A stretch of DNA of 28,332 bases from a virus (lineage: Duplodnaviria > Caudoviricetes). This document shows positions 1 through 8,108 of the stretch, piece after piece. The position numbers and the translations under genes were made by a program. The notes beneath the pieces are model-generated. The model did no database searches and was not told where the DNA came from. It worked only from the letters and a program-made list of their open reading frames with translations. The stretch lies in the IMG/VR virus record IMGVR_UViG_3300005573_001625, positions 1-28,332 of that record. One strand, written 5' to 3'. Numbering within the stretch: the stretch's first letter is position 1; each line of letters opens with the position of its first letter.

Positions 1-144
1 ATGGCTAATAAAAAAGCCCCGAAATATCCCCGCGTTTGGATCACGGCCGAGCGGCATCAGCAGCTCGCGGCCGAAGCCAAAAAGCAAGGGAAGACTATCG
101 GCGAGGTCGCCGAGGAAAGTTTTAAAAAAACTTTCAAGAAGTGA
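1..144 (+). CDS. Small ribbon-helix-helix-like DNA-binding protein (47 aa, below ORF-track cutoff)
   Basis: Manual translation MANKKAPKYPRVWITAERHQQLAAEAKKQGKTIGEVAEESFKKTFKK; strand-helix-G-helix pattern of Arc/CopG-like RHH proteins. Confidence 0.65.
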   Translation: MANKKAPKYPRVWITAERHQQLAAEAKKQGKTIGEVAEESFKKTFKK

Positions 145-188
145 TCTTTGAGAGCTTGCGATTAGCGTCGCGGGCTCGACTAAGATCA
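142..188 (+). other. Imperfect RNA hairpin with TAGC apical loop
   Basis: TGATCTT...AAGATCA basal stem; GAGCTTGCGAT-TAGC-GTCGCGGGCTC upper stem, where the deviations are G:U pairs on the + strand. Confidence 0.6.
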
Positions 189-213
189 TTAAACATTAAA
201 CAGGGAGAAAAAA

Positions 214-765
214 ATGGCTAAAAATAAAAAATCTCCAAAAAAGAAGGAAGGCATCCTGGACAAGATCACGCCGCCGGATAATACCATCAAGGCGTCTTTT
301 TCCATCGCCTCGCTCGCCATGAGCAAGGAGCTAAGGTGGAAGCTTGATCTTAACATCCAGAAACGGCTCCCGAAAACTTATCGGGAATACCGGATGACCC
401 TCTGCTTCGACGAAGATCCTTTCAATCGGCGGATCGCTGACGTCGAGAAAAAAATCAAGGAGATTGAAGCCGATCAAAATTTATTCCGGAATACGAAAGT
501 CATGCGGGAGGAAATTGAGGAGCAAAAGGACCGCATCACGGAAATCCGGAAGGAGATGGACCAGAAAAAGGCGGAATGCCCGAAGATCGAATTTCTGGCC
601 GAAGTCGACGAGCTGAAACATCGCGACGCCGGCACATGGGTCCGGCTGCGGATCCCGGACGTGGTCATTCCGGATCTGAACGATCGAAAGCATTGGTTCA
701 GTTATTATCGCGCCGAACTCAAGCCGACAGAGACGATCGAGCTCGATCGTGGGGAGGAGGATTAA
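214..765 (+). CDS. Hypothetical protein with central coiled coil (183 aa)
   Basis: GGGAG upstream; heptad-rich E/K segment; TAATG coupling to next gene. Confidence 0.8.
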   Translation: MAKNKKSPKKKEGILDKITPPDNTIKASFSIASLAMSKELRWKLDLNIQKRLPKTYREYRMTLCFDEDPFNRRIADVEKKIKEIEADQNLFRNTKVMREEIEEQKDRITEIRKEMDQKKAECPKIEFLAEVDELKHRDAGTWVRLRIPDVVIPDLNDRKHWFSYYRAELKPTETIELDRGEED

Positions 766-917
766 TGGCGAAAGAACTCCCCGAAAAATTAACTCTCCGG
801 GAAAAAATCGTTTTGATCTTAGTGGTATTTTTGATCCAAATGATCAAGCCCTGGGAGTACGATCATCAATTTACAAAGTTTTGGGATGAACTCAAAGCTC
901 TCATGAAAGGCGAATAA
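765..917 (+). CDS. Small membrane protein (50 aa; start corrected from ORF 576..917)
   Basis: GGAGG SD and TAATG overlap at 763-767; MAKELPEKLTLREKIVLILVVFLIQM has a hydrophobic stretch. Confidence 0.7.
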   Translation: MAKELPEKLTLREKIVLILVVFLIQMIKPWEYDHQFTKFWDELKALMKGE

Positions 918-1153
918 TGGCAAGACAACATCAAGAGCCGGAGAATGAGCTCAAAAAAACCATTCTCGAAGACACGGAGGCCCTGGCCGAAGCTATCGAA
1001 AAGCTCGAGTCCGCGGCGGAAGCCTTCAACGGATCCCGCATGAAGCGAAAAGCGATCCTTATTTTGCTCTCGCATTATACAAAGGTCCCGCAGAGCACTA
1101 TCGACGCCGTCCTGGACGGCCTAGCTAACATAAAAAAAGCATATCTCAAATGA
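917..1153 (+). CDS. Hypothetical protein (78 aa, helical)
   Basis: TAATG coupling upstream, ATGA coupling downstream. Confidence 0.75.
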   Translation: MARQHQEPENELKKTILEDTEALAEAIEKLESAAEAFNGSRMKRKAILILLSHYTKVPQSTIDAVLDGLANIKKAYLK

Positions 1154-1806
1154 AACTCAATTTTCCGAAAACATATATCGCCTGGGACTTGGAAACCTCC
1201 GGGCTCGATCCGGAGCGAAATAAGATTCTCGAGATCGGCGCCATGCTGGTCAAAGACGGGGAGATCGCGCTGCGGAAGTCCTGGATCCTGGACAACGGCA
1301 TCGAGATCCCGGAGGAGATCACGCAGCTCACCGGCATCACGAACGAGATTATCAAAGCAGAAGGCCGCAATCCGGCCGACTGTCTCAAAGAGTTCCTCGA
1401 AATGCTCGGGCCTGGCTTTATGCCGAATCTGACGCATAACGGGATCCGGTTCGATATCCCCTTCCTCTGCGAACAGATTAAGCAGATATTATCAGTCCCC
1501 GGCTTTCCCTACATCGATACGCAGCGGATCCAGGAAAAGCTATACCGCACGGCCATCGATACGGCCGTAATCATGAAAGCCAAAAAGCTCGACCTCGATC
1601 GCGACTGGAATGAAAGCTTCTTCGATTTTGCAAACCGGGTCATGGAGATCCGTGCGTACGGCGTAAAGTATAACGTCGGAGTCTGCTGCGAAGATCTTGG
1701 CATCGATCGGACCGGCATCACGCAGCATCGGGCGCTCGGAGATGTAGAGCTGACCAATCAGATCTATAAGAAATTAACGCAGCCGGCGCCGGTAGTGGTC
1801 GCCTAA
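1150..1806 (+). CDS. DEDDh 3'-5' exonuclease (DnaQ/Pol III epsilon-like)
   Basis: ExoI WDLETSG, ExoII HNGIRFDIPFL, ExoIII HRALGDV. Confidence 0.93.
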   Translation: MKLNFPKTYIAWDLETSGLDPERNKILEIGAMLVKDGEIALRKSWILDNGIEIPEEITQLTGITNEIIKAEGRNPADCLKEFLEMLGPGFMPNLTHNGIRFDIPFLCEQIKQILSVPGFPYIDTQRIQEKLYRTAIDTAVIMKAKKLDLDRDWNESFFDFANRVMEIRAYGVKYNVGVCCEDLGIDRTGITQHRALGDVELTNQIYKKLTQPAPVVVA

Positions 1807-1817
1807 GTTCCGAAATT

Positions 1818-2018
1818 ATGATCGACCAAAACAAAAAACCAAACGCAATCGAAGCCATGCAAACGCTCGAGGAGCAGATCCGGGCGGTCCGCCGGCATCT
1901 GACGAACTGGATCGATGCGGAATGGCGAGAGTACAAAGACAAGAAAGGACGCGCGATCGATTTTAAAAATTATCTGCGCGCCCAGGTCCGGAAGGGGATG
2001 CACAATGAAAATTTTTAA
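1818..2018 (+). CDS. Hypothetical protein (66 aa)
   Basis: Fills the gap in a tightly packed operon; A-rich initiation region. Confidence 0.65.
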   Translation: MIDQNKKPNAIEAMQTLEEQIRAVRRHLTNWIDAEWREYKDKKGRAIDFKNYLRAQVRKGMHNENF

Positions 2019-2373
2019 GCTCACGATCCCCGGGGATTGTCCGACGAAGAAAAACAGCGGTCGCATGATCAAACGTGGCCGAGCCATCTTCCGGATCCCG
2101 AACGCCTATCATGAAGCCTGGCACGACGAGAATATGCTGCGGTTGCGGCAGCCGGTTAAACCTTTCGGCATTGTTCAGGAGGTCTCAATGACCATCTACC
2201 CGAAGACCGCCAGAAAATCGGACCTTACGAACAAAGCCGAATCGATCATGGACCTCCTTGTCGATCTCGGCTATCTCGAGGATGACAACTGGACCATCGT
2301 GCCGGCCGTGAGCCTCAAGTTCGGAGGCATCGATAAATTAAAGCCTCGCGTCGAGGTGGAGATAAAAATATGA
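2005..2373 (+). CDS. rusA: RusA-family Holliday junction resolvase (start corrected to ATG 2005)
   Basis: N-terminal LTIPGDCPTKKNS; catalytic SDLTNKAESIMDLL...LEDDN; C-terminal PRVEVEI. Confidence 0.88.
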   Translation: MKIFKLTIPGDCPTKKNSGRMIKRGRAIFRIPNAYHEAWHDENMLRLRQPVKPFGIVQEVSMTIYPKTARKSDLTNKAESIMDLLVDLGYLEDDNWTIVPAVSLKFGGIDKLKPRVEVEIKI

Positions 2374-2846
2374 TTATAAAAACAATTTTCGAAAAGCTCC
2401 CTCCGGAGGATCTCGGAAAGCTTACGCCGGATGAGATATTTAACCGGCCGCCGCGCCTGATCTTACAAGCCGAGAAGTGGACAGAATGGATCCATTTGAA
2501 AGTCTCCGGGGATCTCGAGCGCCGCGGGTGGTGGCATCACGTCGGCCCGGTCCGCTTCTGGTTTTCTCAATGGGGATATGACGCGCAAAAAGACGTCTTC
2601 GATTATTGGGCCACGCCGCTCATCCCCTTCATCATTATCTATTCGATCATTCATTCGATCTGGTGGACAGTTGCGCGTTACTGCTACGATGCCGGCTGGC
2701 TCAAGCAGATCGATCCGGCCGTCAAGGTCTCCTGGTTTTGGCCGCAATACTTTTTCCGGGCGCAGCCGAAGCAGAAGCCGCTCGACATCGAGCAACTCTC
2801 GAAGGATCTCGGCATTCCGATCCGGAGGAAAGATGAGCAAGATTGA
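2370..2846 (+). CDS. Hypothetical Trp-rich membrane protein (158 aa)
   Basis: ATGA coupling to rusA; hydrophobic LIPFIIIYSIIHSIWW segment. Confidence 0.65.
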   Translation: MIIKTIFEKLPPEDLGKLTPDEIFNRPPRLILQAEKWTEWIHLKVSGDLERRGWWHHVGPVRFWFSQWGYDAQKDVFDYWATPLIPFIIIYSIIHSIWWTVARYCYDAGWLKQIDPAVKVSWFWPQYFFRAQPKQKPLDIEQLSKDLGIPIRRKDEQD

Positions 2847-3036
2847 TTTTTGCACAATGTTCGGCGGCGAAGGAGCCGAAGGCTACAACGCCATGATGAC
2901 TTCGCTGCAAGAATGCGCGAAGGACGACGGCCGATCGATCTATGACTTTTTAGAACATACGCCGAAGACGTCTCTCGTCGTCGAACTGGTCGACAAGCTG
3001 CGGGAGCTCGGATTCGACATCGTGAGGAAACCATGA
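2833..3036 (+). CDS. Hypothetical protein (67 aa; start corrected from ORF 2578..3036)
   Basis: GGAGG SD before ATG 2833 (MSKIDFCTMFGG...); ATGA coupling to next gene. Confidence 0.7.
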   Translation: MSKIDFCTMFGGEGAEGYNAMMTSLQECAKDDGRSIYDFLEHTPKTSLVVELVDKLRELGFDIVRKP

Positions 3037-3191
3037 TCAGAGAGTACAAGGAGCGGCGCCTGTATTATTTCAACTGCTCCGAATGCGGGGCGCCGGCCCG
3101 GACCACGCTCAAGCGGTCCCGGGCAAAAAAATCGATCTGCCGGTCATGCCGGCGCAAGAAGGTCGATCCGAATCAAAGAGCATTATTCTAA
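3033..3191 (+). CDS. Zn-ribbon protein (52 aa, not in ORF track)
   Basis: MIREYKERRLYYFNCSECGAPARTTLKRSRAKKSICRSCRRKKVDPNQRALF; two CxxC motifs; ATGA coupling. Confidence 0.75.
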   Translation: MIREYKERRLYYFNCSECGAPARTTLKRSRAKKSICRSCRRKKVDPNQRALF

Positions 3192-3202
3192 AAAATAAAA
3201 AG

Positions 3203-3919
3203 ATGGACTTAGTTTATATTCTCGGCTCCGGCTCGAGGTGGCAAAACAACGAAATCAGATTCTCGCTGCGCTCCGTGGAAGCGTACCTCAAACACGGCGC
3301 CGGCAGGATCTTCATCGTCGGCTCAAAGCCTGACTGGATGCAGAACGTGATCCACATCGAAGCCCTCGACGGCTACGACAACAAGCTCAAGAACGCCGTC
3401 CACAAACTCCGGGAAGCGTGCTTCGACTCCCGGCTCTCGGACGAGTTTATTTTGATGAATGACGACTTCTTTTTCCTAAAGCCGGCCGATCACATTCCGC
3501 TCTACACGCTCGGCTCGATCAATGAGATGATCGTGAATCACTCGACGAAAGGCGGCTACTACTACGAAGCCATGCACACGACCCGGACCGTTTTGCAGGA
3601 AGCCGGCATCACGGACCCGATCAGCTACGAGGTACATTTCCCGATGGTCCTGAAAAAAGATCTTTTCCTCAAGATGACCGATTCGATCAAATGGGAGGAG
3701 ACCGGGTATCTATTCCGCAGCATCTACGGCAACGTCTACAACTTAGGCGGCAAGCGCCGGCGCGACTGCAAGGCGTACAGCTTCAACGACTTCAAGATCC
3801 TCTCGACAAAATCCGAGCTGCTCTCGACGAGCGATCACGTCGCGCTCTGCCCGCAGTTCCAGGAATGGATGCGAAAAAAATATCCTAAGCCCTCACAATA
3901 CGAAAATGATCATCAATAA
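3203..3919 (+). CDS. Stealth-family-like sugar-1-phosphate transferase (start corrected to ATG 3203)
   Basis: MDLVY (CR1-like), NEIRFSLRSV and FILMNDDFFF (CR2-like), HFP and RSIYGN motifs. Confidence 0.8.
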   Translation: MDLVYILGSGSRWQNNEIRFSLRSVEAYLKHGAGRIFIVGSKPDWMQNVIHIEALDGYDNKLKNAVHKLREACFDSRLSDEFILMNDDFFFLKPADHIPLYTLGSINEMIVNHSTKGGYYYEAMHTTRTVLQEAGITDPISYEVHFPMVLKKDLFLKMTDSIKWEETGYLFRSIYGNVYNLGGKRRRDCKAYSFNDFKILSTKSELLSTSDHVALCPQFQEWMRKKYPKPSQYENDHQ

Positions 3920-4532
3920 CATCCCGAAACTTTTGAGCATCTCGATCATGGCCCATCCCTCCCGCGCCCGCTTCTTCCCTTATCTGCTCAAGCGCCTCGG
4001 CTACGACACGCCGATCTCCATCGATGAGAAATCCGAGGGCGTCTGGCCGAACTGCCGGCGGGCCTGGCAGATGCACGACAAAAATTCGCTCTATCACTTA
4101 GTCGTCCAGGACGACGCCATCGTCTGCGAAAATTTCCGGGAGCGGGCCGAAGCTGCCATCCAGGACATGATCAAAAGAGGCTTCTCCGGCCACGCGCTGA
4201 ATTTTTACTTCGGCGGCCGCAAGAGTAACCAGGAGGAAGGCAAGCGCGGACTCGAGAGGGGATTTCTGACAAAGCATTCACCGTCCTGGGGAGTCGCCAT
4301 CTGCCTCGAGACGAGGTGGATCGACGAGATGCTCGAGTATACCAAACGCTTCGACACCTGGCGCGACGATGAACGGATCGCCGGCTTCCTGGCTCACAAG
4401 CAGATCCGCTCCTACTTCCCGATGCCGTCCCTGATCGATCACCGCGGCGGGGCCGAAACTCCCTCGCTCGTCGGCGATCCCGGAGACAAGCGCTTCGCCT
4501 TCGCATTTATCGATAACCTGAAAAAATCATGA
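3906..4532 (+). CDS. GT-A fold glycosyltransferase (GT25/GT2-like, phage type)
   Basis: SIMAHPSR start, HLVVQDDA acidic motif, DDERI, PSLIDHR. Confidence 0.78.
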   Translation: MIINNIPKLLSISIMAHPSRARFFPYLLKRLGYDTPISIDEKSEGVWPNCRRAWQMHDKNSLYHLVVQDDAIVCENFRERAEAAIQDMIKRGFSGHALNFYFGGRKSNQEEGKRGLERGFLTKHSPSWGVAICLETRWIDEMLEYTKRFDTWRDDERIAGFLAHKQIRSYFPMPSLIDHRGGAETPSLVGDPGDKRFAFAFIDNLKKS

Positions 4533-5146
4533 TCCCGAAAATCATTCATCAGATCTGGATCGGCCCGAAAGATCCGCCGCTCGAGTACATGGACACCTGG
4601 CGCCGGCTGCATCCCTCCTGGAATTATCAGCTCTGGAATAACGAACGAGTTTTCTCCCGGTCCTGGCGCAATCAGCGGCTCGTCAATTACTACCGGCAGA
4701 ATCAGACCTGGCACGGCGTCGCGGACGTCATCAGGTACGAAATACTTTTTGAGATCGGAGGCTTCATGCCCGGCGCGGACAGCGAATGCCTCCTCCCGGT
4801 CGACGATCTCTTTGAAAAACAATTCGACGCTTTTGCCGTGTACGAAAACGAAACCGTCCGGCCCGGGCTCATTACGCCGCTCTACGCGTGCAAGCCTGGC
4901 GCGGAGTTCGCCAAAGCGCTGATCTACGGCCTGGGCGCGATTCCGCTGCCGCCTGGTATTCCCTGGAAGACCACGGGCAACCTGTTCATGCAAAAGATCT
5001 TCGAGGAGCATCCCTGGCCAACGGTCAAGATCTTTCCGAGCCACTACTTCAACCCGGTCCATCACACCGGGCTCGAGTATAAAGGCCCGGGCAAGATCTA
5101 CGCCCGGCAGCATTGGATGACGACTAAAGCAAAAAAAGGAATATAA
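4529..5146 (+). CDS. GT32/OCH1-like glycosyltransferase with variant DxD motif
   Basis: MIPKIIHQIWIG, ADVIRYEILFEIGG, TTGNLF, FPSHYFNP, YARQHW. Confidence 0.87.
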   Translation: MIPKIIHQIWIGPKDPPLEYMDTWRRLHPSWNYQLWNNERVFSRSWRNQRLVNYYRQNQTWHGVADVIRYEILFEIGGFMPGADSECLLPVDDLFEKQFDAFAVYENETVRPGLITPLYACKPGAEFAKALIYGLGAIPLPPGIPWKTTGNLFMQKIFEEHPWPTVKIFPSHYFNPVHHTGLEYKGPGKIYARQHWMTTKAKKGI

Positions 5147-5153
5147 TAAATTT

Positions 5154-5342
5154 ATGGGAAGAAGCAAACATCTTAAATATCTCCGGAAGGAAGCACGGTT
5201 GCAAATCGCCGGAGCATTGGAAAAACAAATCGAGAGAAATATGGTCGAACTCGATAAATTATTAAAGCCGCGTCCGAAGTGGCTTCCGAAAAGGATCTGG
5301 AAGGCAATCGGCGCGATATATTTTAAAGTTCCGCTGCCATGA
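5154..5342 (+). CDS. Small basic hypothetical protein (62 aa)
   Basis: A/T-rich initiation region; ATGA coupling to next gene. Confidence 0.65.
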   Translation: MGRSKHLKYLRKEARLQIAGALEKQIERNMVELDKLLKPRPKWLPKRIWKAIGAIYFKVPLP

Positions 5343-5698
5343 TACAAACACCCACTCAACAAGAAAACGCCTCACAGCAGCCCATTTTTGAAGGCTTAAA
5401 GGGCCTTATAATCGGCAAAGACGAGCAAAACGCGCATCCGGCGCAGATCAAGCTCTACAACGAGATGAAGCGCCTGGTCATGCAGATCGCCGAGCAGACG
5501 GCCGCGCAAGCCTTCAACCTCGGCATCGAAACTCGAAACAAACAGATCGCCAAAATTCTGACGGATCACCTCTGCGCCGCGCACGAATGCCCGGTCAAAG
5601 AAGTGATCTATTTCCGCGGCACGCCGGAGCTCCTGGCGATCATGAATAACGACTATGCCAACGAAGAAAAAAAAGAAATCCAAACCGAGCCAAAATAA
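5339..5698 (+). CDS. Hypothetical protein (119 aa)
   Basis: Translationally coupled, operon position. Confidence 0.7.
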   Translation: MIQTPTQQENASQQPIFEGLKGLIIGKDEQNAHPAQIKLYNEMKRLVMQIAEQTAAQAFNLGIETRNKQIAKILTDHLCAAHECPVKEVIYFRGTPELLAIMNNDYANEEKKEIQTEPK

Positions 5699-6155
5699 AA
5701 CGGACGAATCCGGAAAAGAAGGGGCCGGCTCTCGCGGTCCTTACCGGAAGGAGGAGTTCGAACGATACGCGCTATTCATGGCGCTCCCGAAGATCGAGCG
5801 GAAAGAGTTTTTCGGATTTTCTACCGATCAGGAGTTCGCGAAAAAATACGAGCTCAACAAAGACACCCTGACCGATTGGAAATTAAAGCCCGAACTTTGG
5901 GACGCCCGCGACAAGTACCTCACGCATTTCAAGAAGCACACGGCCGAGATCTTAGGCAAGCTCGCCGCTCGCGCTGCGAAGACCGGGGAGGCATTTCATT
6001 CTCTGACCTTCATGAAATTGGTCGAAGGCTATTCCGAAAAGACCGGCCTCGACATTACCTCGAAGGGCAAGAAGATCGACGGCTTCAAAGTAATCATCCA
6101 CGGCGCAAATGCTTCTCGAACTCAACGCGACAACTCTATACCAGAAAAATCGTGA
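5655..6155 (+). CDS. terS: Terminase small subunit (HTH type)
   Basis: Directly upstream of TerL; HTH-like DQEFAKKYELNKDTLTDWK; C-terminal LDITSKGKKI motif typical of TerS. Confidence 0.78.
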   Translation: MPTKKKKKSKPSQNKTDESGKEGAGSRGPYRKEEFERYALFMALPKIERKEFFGFSTDQEFAKKYELNKDTLTDWKLKPELWDARDKYLTHFKKHTAEILGKLAARAAKTGEAFHSLTFMKLVEGYSEKTGLDITSKGKKIDGFKVIIHGANASRTQRDNSIPEKS

Positions 6156-7278
6156 GGCCACGGCCCGCATCATCGCCAACGAGGGCGGGACCCGCAGCTC
6201 GAAGACCGTCTCCCTGGCGCAGCTCTTTTTGACGCTACTCTTTGAGAGCCAGGGCGCCAAGCTCGAAGTCGTCCGCGAAACCATGCCGGCGCTCAAGGCT
6301 TCCGCGATGGAAGACTTCTTCGATCAAATGTACGCTCTGGATCTCTACGATGAGAGCCATCACAACAAGACCGATCACATCTATCGCCAGGGCCGCAACT
6401 CGATCGGCTTCTTCTCGGTCGACGATCAACAGAAGGTCCGCGGCCGGAAACGTGATTACCTCTGGATCAACGAAGCCAACGAGCTCACGTTCCAGGAGTT
6501 CAATCAGCTCGCCTTCCGCACTTCGAAGCAGATCTTCCTCGACTTCAACCCGGTCGATGAGGATCATTGGCTCTTTGAGAAGGTCCTGACCCGCAAGGAC
6601 TGTCTGCACATACAATCGAGCTATCTGGACAATCCCTTCCTCCCGCCGGAGATCATCGCGGAAATCGAGATGCTGAAAGAGACCGATCCGCATTATTGGC
6701 AAGTCTTCGGCCTCGGCAAACGGGCGCAGCGCGGGACGAAGATCTATCAGCATTACACGCTCGTCGATGCGCTGCCGGAAAATCCGGACGAGCTGATCTA
6801 TGGCATCGACTTCGGCTTCAACAATCCGAGCACGATCACGAAGATCGGCTGCAAGGATCTCTCCTTCACCTGGGACGAGCTGCTCTATAAGACCCATCTG
6901 ACGAACTCCGATCTCATTGAGGAAATGAAGAAGCTGCGGGACGCCGGCGAGATCACGGAATCGATGCAAGGCTACGCCGACGCAGCGGAGCCGGCCAGGA
7001 TCCAGGAGATCAACGACGCCGGCTTCAACGTCAAGCCGGCCGACAAGTCAGTCGTCCCGGGCATCGACTTCGTGAAAGGGCATCCGCTCGCCATCACGAA
7101 GCGCTCGATCAACATCCTGGAAGAAATAAAAAAATATCTCTGGAAAACTAACAAGAACGGCAAGATCCTCGACGAGCCGGTCAAGCTCAACGATCACTCA
7201 ATGGATGGCGGCCGCTATGCCGAATACACCCATTTCAAGGATCTCAAAGCCGGAAAACCAAACATCCGCATCCTATGA
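6109..7278 (+). CDS. terL: Terminase large subunit (PBSX/SPP1-like)
   Basis: Walker A GGTRSSKT, Walker B YLWINEANE, FNP coupling motif, nuclease IDFGFNNP and DHSMDGGRY. Confidence 0.96.
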   Translation: MLLELNATTLYQKNREATARIIANEGGTRSSKTVSLAQLFLTLLFESQGAKLEVVRETMPALKASAMEDFFDQMYALDLYDESHHNKTDHIYRQGRNSIGFFSVDDQQKVRGRKRDYLWINEANELTFQEFNQLAFRTSKQIFLDFNPVDEDHWLFEKVLTRKDCLHIQSSYLDNPFLPPEIIAEIEMLKETDPHYWQVFGLGKRAQRGTKIYQHYTLVDALPENPDELIYGIDFGFNNPSTITKIGCKDLSFTWDELLYKTHLTNSDLIEEMKKLRDAGEITESMQGYADAAEPARIQEINDAGFNVKPADKSVVPGIDFVKGHPLAITKRSINILEEIKKYLWKTNKNGKILDEPVKLNDHSMDGGRYAEYTHFKDLKAGKPNIRIL

Positions 7279-7481
7279 TCATCATGTGCCAACATTGCAG
7301 CGGGCCGATCCTGAAAGACGTCGAGATCTCGGCTCCCGGAGACTTCGCCTTTCGCGCGAAAACAAAATGCCCGCATTGCAAGCGGCCAGTCGAAATCGAA
7401 TTGCGCTCGGCCGTGGTTCATGAAATTTATATCGATAAGATCCGGCTCGAGCAGGAGCAGCCGGCCATCCGACAATTATGA
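7275..7481 (+). CDS. Com-like Zn-ribbon protein (putative RNA/DNA-binding regulator)
   Basis: IMCQHCSGPIL...KTKCPHCKRPVEI resembles the Mu Com pattern C-x2-C...KCPxCK; ATGA-coupled to terL. Confidence 0.62.
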   Translation: MIIMCQHCSGPILKDVEISAPGDFAFRAKTKCPHCKRPVEIELRSAVVHEIYIDKIRLEQEQPAIRQL

Positions 7482-7750
7482 AACTGACCGAACTCTCTCC
7501 GCGATGGGCGTCGTCAAACGGCGTCCGGGACCATGTGAATTTCCTCTGCCCGATCTGCCGGCAGCACATGATCGCCGTGCCGTTCGCCGGCCCGCCGCCG
7601 CTCTGGACCATCTCCGGAGACAACTTTGAAAACTTAACGCTCGCGCCGAGCATCCTCCATCGAACGCACTACGCCGACGGCATGAATCAGCCGCCGCGCT
7701 TCTGCGAGTCGCACTTTTGGATCCGCAGCGGCGAGATTATAATCTGCTAA
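7478..7750 (+). CDS. DUF6527-like Cys/His metal-binding protein
   Basis: FLCPIC..H...WTISGD..NLTLAPSIL...C.SHFWIRSGEI pattern. Confidence 0.65.
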   Translation: MKLTELSPRWASSNGVRDHVNFLCPICRQHMIAVPFAGPPPLWTISGDNFENLTLAPSILHRTHYADGMNQPPRFCESHFWIRSGEIIIC

Positions 7751-7759
7751 AATACATCT

Positions 7760-8011
7760 ATGACCTTTTTATCGAAAGAAGAAAAACTGAAAGCGCAGCC
7801 GAGGATCCTCGAGCTGGCCGGAGCGTACATGAAGGACCGGGACCGCAAACACCTCGAAGCGATCCAGGCCATCGTCGACGAAGCCGGCGACGCCTTTGTC
7901 ATGGTCGTCGGCCAAAAAGACGGCATCCCCTATTCCGTAACCTTCAATCCGAAGGAGGTCGCGCCGATCGTGCCGGACGACGTAAAGCCGGCAGGAGATT
8001 CCCTTTCTTGA
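7760..8011 (+). CDS. Hypothetical protein (83 aa)
   Basis: Operon position, plausible composition. Confidence 0.7.
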   Translation: MTFLSKEEKLKAQPRILELAGAYMKDRDRKHLEAIQAIVDEAGDAFVMVVGQKDGIPYSVTFNPKEVAPIVPDDVKPAGDSLS

Positions 8012-8015
8012 AAAA

Positions 8016-8108
8016 TGTGCTATAATTGGCTTGAACAATAAATCGGCTCAAGGGCCATCTGTCAGGATTCACGGATCCGCAGATGGCATTTTTATTAAAA
8101 AACAAAAT
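8016..8108 (+). promoter_or_regulatory. Leader A: extended -10 promoter plus structured attenuator-like 5' leader of the portal gene
   Basis: TGcTATAAT 8018-8026; ATCGGCTCAAGG; stem GCCATCTG/CAGATGGC; inner GGAT-TCACGG-ATCC; T-tract. Confidence 0.75.

Noticed and set aside
8031-8108. N-terminal extension of the portal in the ORF track (TTG start at 8031)
   Set aside because: It overlaps the promoter and structured leader shared with two other loci; ATG 8109 matches the position of the starts in leaders B and C.
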